Shown piece after piece: positions 21,895 through 32,626 of a stretch of 64,000 nt of DNA. A program made the position numbers and the translations under genes. The stretch spans positions 1 through 64,000 of the forward strand of contig CAVVOP010000021.1 in assembly GCA_963749915.1 (NCBI GenBank), given 5' to 3'. This DNA is from an uncultured cyanobacterium (GTDB lineage Bacteria; Cyanobacteriota; Cyanobacteriia; Cyanobacteriales; Cyanobacteriaceae). Every line of letters begins with the position of its first letter. Position 1 is the stretch's first letter. The notes beneath the pieces are model-generated. The model searched no databases and was not told where the DNA came from. It saw only the letters and a list, made by a program, of their open reading frames with translations.

Positions 21895-22596
21895 TTATTT
21901 CACCACTCCTTCTAAAAGGGCACGGAAGCGGGGTTGTAGATGTTCGAGAATGGCGTCCGCTACGGCACGATCGCTCAAGTCTAAAGAGATTTCCCGATCC
22001 ACCAGCTGGATTCTCAATCCTCCTTGGTTATCCTTAGCCACCCCGAAGCTGATTCCTTGGCGCAACATATCTTGGGACGTCAAGCGAACAAACTGAGTAA
22101 GGATGCCCTGTTCCAATTCTTCTGGGTTGCGGCTGAGTTCTGCCAAACCAGCCACCTTGCGAGGGAGCAATACTTCTACTTGTTCCGATTGGGCGACTTC
22201 CTCCCGGACCCCACCAGCGATTTCTAAGATCATCTTTTCCAGCAGTTCTTGCTTTTGTTGTTCCTCGCCCACTAAGCGCCGCACCTCTCCGGTGAACCGC
22301 TGGGCCAGTTGTGTCCTCAAAGCCAGCACCGTATCTCGGAAAGCTAATTCCAGTGCTTGGTGTCCAGCCCGCTGGAGGTTGTCTGCCTCTTTTCTCGCTT
22401 TACTGACAATCTGCTCGGCTTCTTCCTGAGCCTGTTTGACGGTCGCCTCAGCTTTGGCCTGGGCTTGGCTGACAATTTGCTCAGCCTGGGTGCGACCATT
22501 CTGCACCCCCTCGTCTCGCAGTCTGGCAATTAACTCTTCGACACCAGAGGCAACTTCAACGGGGGTATCTCGGCGGGATCGCCTGTTGTTAGCCAT
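21895..22596 (-). CDS. ntpE: V/A-type ATPase subunit E
   Basis: LIARLRDEGV..A..IV..A coiled coil and DLSD.A..L.PRF tail. Confidence 0.85.
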   Translation of the reverse strand: MANNRRSRRDTPVEVASGVEELIARLRDEGVQNGRTQAEQIVSQAQAKAEATVKQAQEEAEQIVSKARKEADNLQRAGHQALELAFRDTVLALRTQLAQRFTGEVRRLVGEEQQKQELLEKMILEIAGGVREEVAQSEQVEVLLPRKVAGLAELSRNPEELEQGILTQFVRLTSQDMLRQGISFGVAKDNQGGLRIQLVDREISLDLSDRAVADAILEHLQPRFRALLEGVVK

Positions 22597-22615
22597 GATT
22601 CAATCCTCCTATATG

Positions 22616-23068
22616 TTATTTGGGTATGCCGCCAGCGGCGACGAGGGCAAAGACGAAGGCAAACACAGCAAAGCCTTCCACAATGGCGGCCGGAGCCAGA
22701 GAAAGTCCAAAAATTTCGGGTTTAGCTTTGGAGCCGGAAATAGCTGAAGCACAGCAGAGTCCCTGATAGATAGCTGCTAAGAGGAAAGCCACTCCTGACA
22801 AAACGCCAATCCCGAAGAGTCCACCTGCGTTTTCTGCCGTTACGGGGCGGTTGAGAATAAACATAATAACAATACCGTAAATGGACATGGAAGAAGGCAA
22901 GGCGGCTAGTCCTACATAACGACCATAACCGCTGTTGATCTCCATCATTGCTCCGATGGCGGCCTGTCCAGCGATGGTGCAACCAATAGAAGCTCCAATG
23001 GCACCGAGGGCGACGGGAGCATAAAGGCCGAGCCAGCCCAGAACTAATAAAAATGAGTTTTCGTTCAC
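22616..23068 (-). CDS. ntpK: V/A-type ATPase proteolipid subunit K (4 TM)
   Basis: GASIG, LPSSMSIYG, YQG and IVEGFAVF motifs. Confidence 0.93.
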   Translation of the reverse strand: MNENSFLLVLGWLGLYAPVALGAIGASIGCTIAGQAAIGAMMEINSGYGRYVGLAALPSSMSIYGIVIMFILNRPVTAENAGGLFGIGVLSGVAFLLAAIYQGLCCASAISGSKAKPEIFGLSLAPAAIVEGFAVFAFVFALVAAGGIPK

Positions 23069-24873
23069 GAATCAGTCTCCTTTTTTGCAAAAGCTTGAAA
23101 GGGAGTTCCCTCTTCCGAGAGACTCCAGTTAAAGAACTCGATAAAATTTAGGCGCAGCCCGTGGACGAATCCGCTGATAATTCCCAGCAGGATGTTAATC
23201 CCGTGGCCGAGTAAGAGGATGAGAATAGCTATCAGCACTCCCAATCCTGGTACGGCTTGATGAGCCTGCTCTGCTAGTTGGTTAAACGTAATTGCCAAGG
23301 AAGCACTTGCCAGTCCCAAGGCAAACAGACGCAAATAGCTCATTATATCACCAAAGAGTTTGGAAATTCCCACCAGGGAACTGATGCCATCTAACAAGCG
23401 TAACAGGATGGATTTCAGTGAGTTGACAGGGCGATCGCTACTCAATAGAAGAATCGCCAGCAAGCCCCCAACTCCTAACCCCACCCCCAGGTGGAATAAG
23501 CCAACCACTCCACCACTGAGATACATGGACAGTCCCCCCAAAATAATGGCAATCCAGCCCAAGGGCTTGGCTTTGCTGCTAATGCCGACAGAACGATAGG
23601 CCACCACACCATTCGCCAAGATAATGTGCAGGCAGCCAACGGTAATGGAGAACTTCATCATCTCATTGTAATCATTGAGGTTTATTATGTTGAGGCGACC
23701 TAGCAGAGAGGTTGCTGGCGGCTCGACCCCGAAATAACTGCCCGCCAAGATGCCATACCCAAGGGCAAAAATGAGTCCGACGATGGCCAAGATGCGGAAG
23801 TGCCTACCGCCGGGACTTTTTCCCATGGGTTGCCAGAAATAAGCCACTACCCCTGCCAGCACCACTGCGTAGCCCGCATCACAGAGGATCATGGCAAAGA
23901 AGGTGGCAAAAGAGAAGAAGACGACAATTGAGGGATCCCAGTCCCGATATCCGGGAGTTTCGTAGAAGGTAACTAAGTCCTGTCCTCCAGTCAGGGTAAG
24001 TGGGTTTTCCATCAAGGTTGGTGGTTTCTCTGACGGATTCGGGGGTTCCGCCAAGAAAGCCAGCCCTTGTTGTTGGCTAAAGGCATCAAGGCGCTTGAGG
24101 TCTCGTTGGGGCAGCCATCCCTGAACTAAAAAGATGCCGTCTTGTTCGGCGGTTTGTTTCTGGGCATGGTTGAGGGCGTCTCGATCTTCAACACGGGCAA
24201 GGTTTTTGGACAGTAAGAAGATCCAGCGACTGAGGGACTCATGCTCTGCCTCAATTTGATCAAGTTCAATTTCTACCTGTTGGAGTTGATGCTTCAAATT
24301 CTGGGGTGAGATAGAACCAGCATGAGTCCGTTTTACCGTGAGAACATCGGTAGCCGGTTCCTTTTCAGCGATGATGGCAAAGTAAGTATTGCGCTGACTT
24401 TCATAAACAATTTGCCAGGGCAATTCCAGCTTGTGAAGTGCCTCACGAAATGAGGGGACTTTGGCAGAGGGAACTCGGTAGAACCAGAGTCGATAGCCTC
24501 CTAACTCGTCCAAGTTAGGTAGGGTAAAATCACCCCAAGGTGCGAGTTCATCCAGCCGCTGTGCTAAAGATAGTTTTCTGTCCTCCGCCTCCCGCTGCCT
24601 TTGCTGATTGGCCAGTGCCTCTGCTACTACGCAATCAAGAGCGAAGACTGACTCATCTGTTATTTGATGCCGCCGTCGAGGGACGTCCATGATATAACGC
24701 AGTGCCTTGCGAGCATCTTCCGCGGGTTCAGAAACGGCAAATTCAGCAGTCTTAGCGGGCGGTTGCAGGGAAATCAAGTGCAGGCACCCTAGTCTTTGTA
24801 AGCCATCGAGGACAGCCTGCTTGTCCTCTGGTATTCCAAATACCGTGACCTTGTTCAAGGGAATAATGCTCAT
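23065..24873 (-). CDS. ntpI: V/A-type ATPase subunit I
   Basis: P.Y..WDPS, DAGY, DIMSYLRLFALGLAS and HGLRLNFIEFF motifs. Confidence 0.95.
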   Translation of the reverse strand: MSIIPLNKVTVFGIPEDKQAVLDGLQRLGCLHLISLQPPAKTAEFAVSEPAEDARKALRYIMDVPRRRHQITDESVFALDCVVAEALANQQRQREAEDRKLSLAQRLDELAPWGDFTLPNLDELGGYRLWFYRVPSAKVPSFREALHKLELPWQIVYESQRNTYFAIIAEKEPATDVLTVKRTHAGSISPQNLKHQLQQVEIELDQIEAEHESLSRWIFLLSKNLARVEDRDALNHAQKQTAEQDGIFLVQGWLPQRDLKRLDAFSQQQGLAFLAEPPNPSEKPPTLMENPLTLTGGQDLVTFYETPGYRDWDPSIVVFFSFATFFAMILCDAGYAVVLAGVVAYFWQPMGKSPGGRHFRILAIVGLIFALGYGILAGSYFGVEPPATSLLGRLNIINLNDYNEMMKFSITVGCLHIILANGVVAYRSVGISSKAKPLGWIAIILGGLSMYLSGGVVGLFHLGVGLGVGGLLAILLLSSDRPVNSLKSILLRLLDGISSLVGISKLFGDIMSYLRLFALGLASASLAITFNQLAEQAHQAVPGLGVLIAILILLLGHGINILLGIISGFVHGLRLNFIEFFNWSLSEEGTPFQAFAKKETDS

Positions 24874-25475
24874 GAAAAAACCTCCTGTTCCTTCTTGCGC
24901 TTGGCAATCTTGGAGTTTACCACTCCTGCTCTTTCCGCATCGGCGAGATAAATCTGGATCTTCTTGATATTTGCCTTGGTCTTAGGAATCAGCACCTTGT
25001 CGAATAAGTTGAATCGCTGTGTCACTGTCCGTTCCGCTTTATTGAGCAATTCTAAACGCTGTCTTGCCACCTGGGCCGCTATCTGTAATTCCAGAGCCGT
25101 TTTCAACAGTTCTACCAGTCTATCCACCCAGACGGGTTTTCCCAGCAAGGCGTAAGGTAGAACCTGAATTTTCACCTCCTTGACTTTAGGCAATCGAGTT
25201 CCCACGACGTTTTCTTTCACCAGCTCTACCTCGGTAACTTTAACGATATTCTCTAAGTTGACCAACTCGTTGGACATCATGGGGATTTCTTGGGCAATTC
25301 CCTGTTCCAGGGCTTCCAGTTTTTGTTGACATTCTGCTAGGATTTTCCTGACTTTGACTTGTTCAGCACTCAGTTGGCGGCGCTTCAAGTCTAAAGAAGG
25401 TAGTACATCCTGAAAGGTCTTGAACAAACCCTTCTGCTTAGTTAGGGAGGCTTTAGTTAGTGATAGTCTTGCCAT
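24870..25475 (-). CDS. ntpD: V/A-type ATPase subunit D
   Basis: LPSLDLKRRQL and TQRFNLFDKVLIP motifs. Confidence 0.93.
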   Translation of the reverse strand: MARLSLTKASLTKQKGLFKTFQDVLPSLDLKRRQLSAEQVKVRKILAECQQKLEALEQGIAQEIPMMSNELVNLENIVKVTEVELVKENVVGTRLPKVKEVKIQVLPYALLGKPVWVDRLVELLKTALELQIAAQVARQRLELLNKAERTVTQRFNLFDKVLIPKTKANIKKIQIYLADAERAGVVNSKIAKRKKEQEVFS

Positions 25476-25571
25476 GTTAGGAACTCAAAATTTGCAAATT
25501 CTTGGGATCAATAGTTTAGTCGCTTTTGCTGTTAGAGAGGATTTTGTTGCTACGCAACATTCTATTTTGAT

Positions 25572-26375
25572 TCAGTATTTCTGGGGGATGAAATTCCTCT
25601 GTTCGGAAGAAAGTTGATCGTCGTATTTCCCTGCCATATTGCGGTCTCCTAGTTTTACTTTTTTGGGAGTTACATCTTCATAGGGAATCAAACTGAGGAA
25701 ATGGGAAATGCAATTAAGACGGGCTCGTTTTTTATCATCTGCAGGAACGATGTACCAGGGTGCAAAATCCAGATCTGTAGCAATCAGCATGTCATCCCTT
25801 GCTCGGGAATAATCATACCAACGTTGGTACGACTCCACATCCATGGGACTCAACTTCCAGATTTTACGGGGGTCATCTATACGGTCTTTAAAACGCCGCT
25901 CCTGCACTTCCATGCTGGTATCCAGCCAATATTTAATCAGGACAATGCCTGAACTTACCATGGCACGTTCAAATAGAGGTACGTATTGTAGAAAACGGAT
26001 ATATTCTTCCTTCGTACAAAATTTCATAACTCTTTCTACTCCAGCACGGTTGTACCAACTGCGATCAAAGATCGTGATCTCACCGGCGGCAGGAAAATGT
26101 GGCATGTATCGTTGGGCATACATCTGGGTTTTTTCTCGCTCTGAAGGGGTGGGCAAGGCAACCACGCGGAAAACCCGGGGGCTTACTCTTTCAGTAATGC
26201 GCTTGATGACGCCTCCTTTTCCTGCTGCATCCCGCCCTTCAAAGACAACAACAATTTTGAGTCCTTTTTCTTTGACCCAATATTGTAATTTGACGAGCTC
26301 TCCCTGTAGCTTGTCCATGTTGGCATTATATTCCTTGTTTGATAAGCTTTTCCCGTCTTTTGCCATCTGTGGCAC
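25572..26375 (-). CDS. ppk2: Polyphosphate kinase 2, single domain (class I-like)
   Basis: FEGRDAAGKGG, FDRSWYNR and WKLSPMD motifs. Confidence 0.96.
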   Translation of the reverse strand: MPQMAKDGKSLSNKEYNANMDKLQGELVKLQYWVKEKGLKIVVVFEGRDAAGKGGVIKRITERVSPRVFRVVALPTPSEREKTQMYAQRYMPHFPAAGEITIFDRSWYNRAGVERVMKFCTKEEYIRFLQYVPLFERAMVSSGIVLIKYWLDTSMEVQERRFKDRIDDPRKIWKLSPMDVESYQRWYDYSRARDDMLIATDLDFAPWYIVPADDKKRARLNCISHFLSLIPYEDVTPKKVKLGDRNMAGKYDDQLSSEQRNFIPQKY

Positions 26376-26469
26376 TCCCTATTTATTGTATTTGTTTATT
26401 TATTGAATGAGTTAATCCCTATTCTTCATGCAATCATTAAAAATACGAAAACCTACCATTGATTCTGAA

Positions 26470-27837
26470 TTATCCCTGAGCTGTCTTTTCGAGCTTTATC
26501 TCCTTGGGGAAATACTTGTCGATGAGTGCTTGTTTCATCAATAACTCTTGGGGTTCAAAACACTCAGCTAAGGTTTTCCAGGCCAGATCGAGGGCTTTTT
26601 CCAGGGGGAGAGAAACATTAATGTCCATGAACCTCTTCTTAAACAGATCGCCGAACTTTAACAGCTTGCAATCGTAGTCAGATAGCTCAAATGCCATGGA
26701 CTGTTTCTGCTCTGCATCCCTAGCACTGGAATAGAATCGAATCATGGCATTCATAATTTGTGAGTGATCTTCTCGCGTCACCTTGCCGATAACGTTCTGT
26801 TTGAGGCGGGAAAGGGAACCAAAGGGATCAATGAAACCGTCGTGGAGGTAGAATTGCCCTTCGGTAATGTAACCCGTATTGTCCGGCACGGGATGGGTCA
26901 CGTCGTCCCCGGGCATAGTAGTTACAGTGAGGATAGTTACAGAACCACCTTGGGCATAGTCAGCGGCTTTTTCATAGCGGCGGGCAAGCTGAGAGTACAA
27001 ATCCCCCGGATAGCCTCGGTTCGCTGGCACTTGATCCATGGCGATGCTGATTTCCTTGAGGGCGTCGGCAAAGGCAGTCATGTCTGTAAGCAGAACTAAT
27101 ACCCGCTTGCCCTCTTCCACCGCAAAGCGTTCCGCCACCGCCAGAGCCATATCGGGAACGAGGGTCCGTTCGACGATGGGGTCGGAGGCTTGGTTGACAA
27201 ACATTACGGTACGGGAAAAAATTCCTGCGTCTTCAAAGGTTTTGCGGAAGAAATAGTAGTCATCGAAGATCAAACCCAGTCCCCCAAAAACGATCACATC
27301 CGCATCTGCCTGAATGCCGATGCGGGCAAGAAAGGCATTGAAGGGTTCGCCAGAAACTGAGAAGATGGGAATTTTCTGGCTTTCTACGAGGCAGTTGAAA
27401 ACGTCGATCATAGGGACGTTAGTACGGATCATCTTAGAAGCCATCTGTCGGCGCATAGGATTGACTGAGGGGCCGCCAATAGGAACTTTGGGGTCCTGGG
27501 ACAAGTCTGGTCCGCCATCTATGGGTTCTCCTGTCCCACGAAACACCCTTCCCAAGATATTGCCAGAGTAGCTGGCTTCCATTGGATAACCTAGAAAGCG
27601 CACAGATGAGTTGGTGGACACGCCTTTAGTCCCGCGGAATATCTGCAGAGCGACGGTATCCTCCTTAAGATTAATTACCTGAGCCAGATACAAGCCGCCA
27701 TCATTGTTTTCGACCACGGCCAAGTCCCCAAAACGTGGACTTGTCTCCTGCTGATGGGCACTTTCGGGCACCTGAACCCGAATAATGTCCCCGACAATCT
27801 CCAGGATTTTGGAATAACTAATTAGAGTTTGTGCCAT
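26470..27837 (-). CDS. ntpB: V/A-type ATPase subunit B
   Basis: QKIPIFS, RGYPGDLYS and THPVPDNTGYITEGQ motifs. Confidence 0.97.
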   Translation of the reverse strand: MAQTLISYSKILEIVGDIIRVQVPESAHQQETSPRFGDLAVVENNDGGLYLAQVINLKEDTVALQIFRGTKGVSTNSSVRFLGYPMEASYSGNILGRVFRGTGEPIDGGPDLSQDPKVPIGGPSVNPMRRQMASKMIRTNVPMIDVFNCLVESQKIPIFSVSGEPFNAFLARIGIQADADVIVFGGLGLIFDDYYFFRKTFEDAGIFSRTVMFVNQASDPIVERTLVPDMALAVAERFAVEEGKRVLVLLTDMTAFADALKEISIAMDQVPANRGYPGDLYSQLARRYEKAADYAQGGSVTILTVTTMPGDDVTHPVPDNTGYITEGQFYLHDGFIDPFGSLSRLKQNVIGKVTREDHSQIMNAMIRFYSSARDAEQKQSMAFELSDYDCKLLKFGDLFKKRFMDINVSLPLEKALDLAWKTLAECFEPQELLMKQALIDKYFPKEIKLEKTAQG

Positions 27838-28036
27838 TACCTATCTGAACCTCAGACGATTTCATCTATATCGAGTTTATATTATACTGGTTCGTGGATG
27901 CGAGTCAACAAAACGACATTAATTTTTGTTAACTCGGAACTAGGATTTTCACGAATTCATTTCCTTCTGACTGACTTGAAAGTGCCAACTTTCATCTCTG
28001 ATGGTGAAAATTTTTTTCATGGGGACTGCCTTGGAC

Positions 28037-30754
28037 TTACTTAGAACTGAGTCTCAGACGACGTTTAATCACTTCTACCACGAGGTAAAATGCAACAGAA
28101 GTGCCGATGATGACAGCCCAGTCGTTGAGTCTAATGCCATCAGTGCTGAAGATTCGATTCATTACCGGCGCGTAGGTAAACAGTAATTGAGCCAACACCA
28201 TCAAGACGACACCCAGAAGCAACCATGGGTTGGAGAAGACCCCCAATTTAAACATGGTGTAACGCTGGGAACGGCAGTTGAACAGCAGGAAAATTTGTCC
28301 GAAGACAATGGCGTTGGCGGTGGCAGTTTGGGCGGCGGCGAGGGAAGTATTCGGATCCGATATTTGCCACTCATAGATAGCAAAGGCGATGGCGTACAGC
28401 ACGGCTCCGACGATCAAAATCCTCAAAACCATGGAACTTTGCAACAGGGGAGTTTTGGGCGGCCGGGGGGGGCGTGTCATGATACCCGGTTCTGCTACCT
28501 CGAAGGCGAGGGTCGTTCCTAGCAGGATTGCCGCTATAGTATTGATCCAGAGAATGTGCAGGGGAGTCACGGGCATACCGAGATTGAAGAAGGAGGAGAT
28601 GACAATAATTAAGCCCAAAGTGGCATTGGTGGGCAGTAGCCAGATGATGCTTTTAATAATGTTGTCGTAAATTCTTCGTCCTTCTTCCACCGCCATGCGA
28701 ATGGTGGCAAAGTTATCATCCAACAGCACCATGTCAGCCGCTTCTTTGGCCACTTCTGTTCCTGTGATTCCCATGGCAATGCCAATGTCCGCCTGTCGCA
28801 GTGCCGGGGCATCATTGACTCCGTCCCCTGTCATAGCCACAACATTACCATTGGCTTGTAGGGCCTTGACCAAGCGAAGTTTTTGTTCGGGAGCGACCCG
28901 GGCAAACACGGACACCCTTTCAGCCGCGTCAATGAGTTCTTGATCCGACATTTGAGCTATTTCTTGCCCACTCAGTGCCAGGGATTTGGCGGACGTGCCG
29001 TTCAGCCCCATCTCGCGGCCGATGGCGAGAGCTGTTCCTAGGTAATCCCCCGTGATCATCTTCACTCGAACTCCCGCCTTCTGACAGGTTCTCACTGCTT
29101 CTATCGCTTCTGGGCGAGGGGGATCGATCATCCCTTGCAACCCTACAAAGGTCAATCCAGTATCAATGTCATCGTGGGTAATCTTTGCCATCTCACGGGA
29201 AAATTCTACCCGAGCAAATGCCAGCACCCTCAAACCTCGGCTCGCCATCTCAGTTACGGATTTCTTGATTGCACCCCTATCTAAGGGGATAATGACTCCT
29301 GAGGCACTGTCCGCATCTTGGCAGCGAGGCAAAATCTGCTCCACTGAACCCTTGACATAGGCGATTAGCCGTTGATGTTCTCCTCGATCGTGCAGGGTGA
29401 CCATGTACATATATTGGGACTCAAAGGGGATGGAATCAATTCTCGGGAAATCCTTTTCTAGGTCTTTTCTCCCTAAACTGGCTTTCCGGGCTGAGACAAT
29501 CAAAGCGGCTTCGGTGGGATCCCCTTCCACACTGATGCCTTCTGCTGTTGAAACTAATCGAGAATCATTACACAGTAGCCCGGCTTTTAAGCATTCCATC
29601 AGAGCTTGATTGGACTGGGGAGTAGCTGGGGCTTCTCTTTGGGTAAACTGTCCCTCAAACCCGTAACCAATCCCAGAAATGTCAAACTTTTCCCCGCCGG
29701 CGGCAACTTCCTGTACTGTCATTTCGTTTTGGGTTAGGGTTCCCGTTTTATCGGTACAGATGACGGTAGTACTGCCCAAAGTTTCGACGGCAGGTAGCTT
29801 GCGAATAATGGCGTTGCGCTTTGCCATGCCAGACACGCCAATCGCCAGGGTAATAGTCACCACCACAGGCAATCCCTCGGGAACGGCTCCCACCGCTAGG
29901 GCCACCACCTCGAGAAAGGCTTCTTTCAAGGTTTCGCGAGTAACGATGTCACTGCGGACTAACCCCGCCACTAGGGTGAGTCCGGCGATGGCGAGGATTA
30001 CCTTCATCAAGACAAGGCTGAACTGCTTGATTTTCCGGGTCAATGGAGTTTCCAGTGCCTCACTTGAGGCGATCATCTTATTGATTTCACCGATTTGAGT
30101 CCTATCTCCAGTGGCCACTACGATTCCCGTTCCTGTGCCGTAGGTCACTAGGGTAGAAGTGTGGGCAATATTACTCTGTTCTGCTAGGATTGTGTCCTCT
30201 GGCAAACGTTCGGCGGCATTTTTTTCTACAGGCATCGATTCCCCTGTCAAGGCAGATTCATCGATCTGGAGATCGCGGCTGATCACCAGACGCAAATCAG
30301 CAGGGACTTTATCTCCTGACTGAAGGGGGACAATATCCCCAGGCACTAACTCGGTGGCAGAAATCCTTTGCTTTTGCCCACCGCGAACTACTGTGGCTTC
30401 ACTTTGTATCGTTTTCGCTAATGCCTCCATCGCCTGGGTTGCTTTGGCCTCTTGAATAAACCCGACAATGGCATTGAGCAGGACGACGGCGAAAATTACC
30501 CACATCTCCACCCACTCTTTCAGAATTCCGGTAATAACCCCTGCCGAGGTAAGGATATAAATCAGGGGCTGGTTAAACTGTTCTAGGAAGATGACCAGAG
30601 GCTTCTTCCCTTCTTTCCGGGTTAGGGTATTGAGTCCGTATTGGGTAAGACGATTTTGGACTTCTAGGGGATGCAATCCTCAATCAATCTGAGTTTCTAG
30701 CAGGTCTAATATTTGCTCCTTGGTAAGATGATGCCAGTGTTCAGTTTCCATCAT
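28037..30754 (-). CDS. P-type cation ATPase (Ca2+-type IIA / PacL-like) with an in-frame TGA at codon 25; possible pseudogene, or restart at TTG 30676
   Basis: TGES, PEGL, DKTGTLT, MITGD and GDGVND motifs. The upstream frame reads MMETEHWHHLTKEQILDLLETQID*GLHPLE. Confidence 0.88.
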
Positions 30755-30765
30755 TTGAAAATATT

Positions 30766-30952
30766 GGCTCTTCTAGAGTAGCTGTGGTTAAATAATGCAA
30801 AATAGTATCTAAAATGCTTTTATAACAAAGACTTTAGCAATTACAAAATCTATTTCTTTAAATTTGGTACTTTTTGTTTCCCCTAACACCTAATACCTAA
30901 TACCTAATACCTTTTTCAGCTAATAATTTATCACACTCAGTCTAGAAGAGCC
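30766..30952. mobile_element. 187-bp MITE with ISL3-like ends
   Basis: TIR GGCTCTTCTAGA...TCTAGAAGAGCC. 8-bp TSD AAAATATT at 30758-30765 and 30953-30960. Internal CCTAATA repeats. Confidence 0.88.
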
Positions 30953-31056
30953 AAAATATTTTACTATTATTATTTCTGAGGATACTTTTCTGTGCTTTGT
31001 GCGATGACTATTATATGCTTCAAAACTTTTTGCAACAGAACCATAAACAAGACCTG

Positions 31057-31428
31057 ATGTTGAAAAAAACTTCTCCCCTTTTTTCTTTAATATTCCTCTG
31101 TTTTCTCATGGTACTTCTGCTAGGACTATGGATAGCAGCAGCCAAAGCTGACAACCTTAGTTCTCTACAGTCAAGAGTGTCTCGACTTGAATCAGATAAT
31201 TATCGACTTCGTTCTCGTCTCAATCGTCTGGAAAGTCAGCTGAAAAGGGGAAGTTTATCTAGTTCTTTAGATAATCAAGAACCAATCGGTTTACCGTCTT
31301 CTTCATCTGCCCCATCTATTGAAAAGCAAATGTTTGACCGATTAGCAACCCTTGTAATTGAACTAAAAGAGAGGGTCAAAGACTTAGAACTACGTGTAGA
31401 TGCTTTAGAAAAATCCCCAGCCATTTAA
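31057..31428 (+). CDS. Hypothetical signal/TM-anchored coiled-coil protein
   Basis: Hydrophobic N-terminus, heptad repeats and FDRLATLVIELKER. Confidence 0.7.
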   Translation: MLKKTSPLFSLIFLCFLMVLLLGLWIAAAKADNLSSLQSRVSRLESDNYRLRSRLNRLESQLKRGSLSSSLDNQEPIGLPSSSSAPSIEKQMFDRLATLVIELKERVKDLELRVDALEKSPAI

Positions 31429-31530
31429 TCCATCGCGTTCCCAGAACCGCTCAGGAAATTTTGCGAATAAGCGTGTTGCGCCTCGATAATCATATCCTCC
31501 GGCGATCGCTTTCTGGGACTCTCCTAAGCA
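31411..31530 (-). pseudogene. Internal fragment resembling a flavin amine oxidase
   Basis: Minus frame reads KAIAGGYDYRGATRLFAKFPERFWERDGLNGWG. Confidence 0.4.
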
Positions 31531-31541
31531 TTGTAAATTGG

Positions 31542-31739
31542 TTAACTCTTGGGTGCATCTAACGGTTGGGGGAGGGTAACAACATATCTTGTGCCGGTAT
31601 AGCCAGCAATGGCGATCGCAACTAAAGCAACACCTCCAATGACCAGAGTTTGAGGTTGTTTGACTATATTAAATATCTTCGTAGTCAAGCTGAATTCTGG
31701 GGAATGATGTTCTGATTCAGGAGGTTGTTGATTAGTCAT
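31542..31739 (-). pseudogene. Truncated N-terminal membrane anchor of a larger (TamB/AsmA-like?) protein
   Basis: MTNQQPPE..TM helix..RYVV, then an abrupt end. Confidence 0.35.
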
Positions 31740-31776
31740 TTTCGGCAAACTCAAATCAATAAAGGACAATCATCTA

Positions 31777-32625
31777 TTAACACGGATTATGAAAGGGGAA
31801 AAACATCCAAGGAATAAAGATTAAAATTAACCAGAGTATTTGTTGCCAATTGAATTTAGGGGAATTAGGAGAATTATTTAATAAATTTTCAATTCTTTCC
31901 TCTAAACGACAATTAGTAAAAGGACATTCCAAATTAAACATTAATGGTTTACGCTCACTAATAACTGCCGTTGTTACTATCACTAATGCCTCTGCGATTA
32001 ACAAATAATCTACTGTTTTAGCTGCAGTATTATCTGCTCTTAATTCTCTTAAAAGAAGTAAATTATTCCACAAATTTTCATTATTTGGTAGCCAAAAAGT
32101 TAATTGTTCCAAATAGGATAACCAGAAAAAAAAGAAGGAATCTTTATGGATTTCATGGGCTGATTCATGAGCAATTACGGCGTTTAAATGTTCTTCCGAT
32201 AAAAGGTCAATTAATCCACTGCTTATGACCAATTGCAATCGCCAGAAACCCACTTGAGCGGCATAGGGAAAAGAAGTTTCTAAAATTTTAATCTTTTTAC
32301 TGCCGATATTTTGCAAAGGATATTCTTTCACCAATCTAGATAATTTCCGAAGATGCCATATTATTTTAAGAAAACTAAATGCAGCAAAAATCAAAAACAA
32401 TATTGATAAATAATAACTCCATTTACTAGCCTTTATTCCCCACATTTCCCCATGATAACCCATGAAAAAAACTGTAAAACAAGTCATTAATAAAAGTAAA
32501 GGAGGAAAACCAAATAAAAATAAAGATAAGCCCCATTTTTTTTCATATTTTATCCCTTTTAATTGACTGATTAAACGAAGACCATAGGCGATTAATAAAG
32601 CCGAAAAAATTAAGATAAAGTGCAT
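31777..32625 (-). CDS. M56/BlaR1-like membrane zinc peptidase
   Basis: HESAH and ELRAD motifs, directly downstream of a BlaI-type regulator. Confidence 0.88.
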   Translation of the reverse strand: MHFILIFSALLIAYGLRLISQLKGIKYEKKWGLSLFLFGFPPLLLLMTCFTVFFMGYHGEMWGIKASKWSYYLSILFLIFAAFSFLKIIWHLRKLSRLVKEYPLQNIGSKKIKILETSFPYAAQVGFWRLQLVISSGLIDLLSEEHLNAVIAHESAHEIHKDSFFFFWLSYLEQLTFWLPNNENLWNNLLLLRELRADNTAAKTVDYLLIAEALVIVTTAVISERKPLMFNLECPFTNCRLEERIENLLNNSPNSPKFNWQQILWLILIFIPWMFFPFHNPC

Positions 32626-32626
32626 T

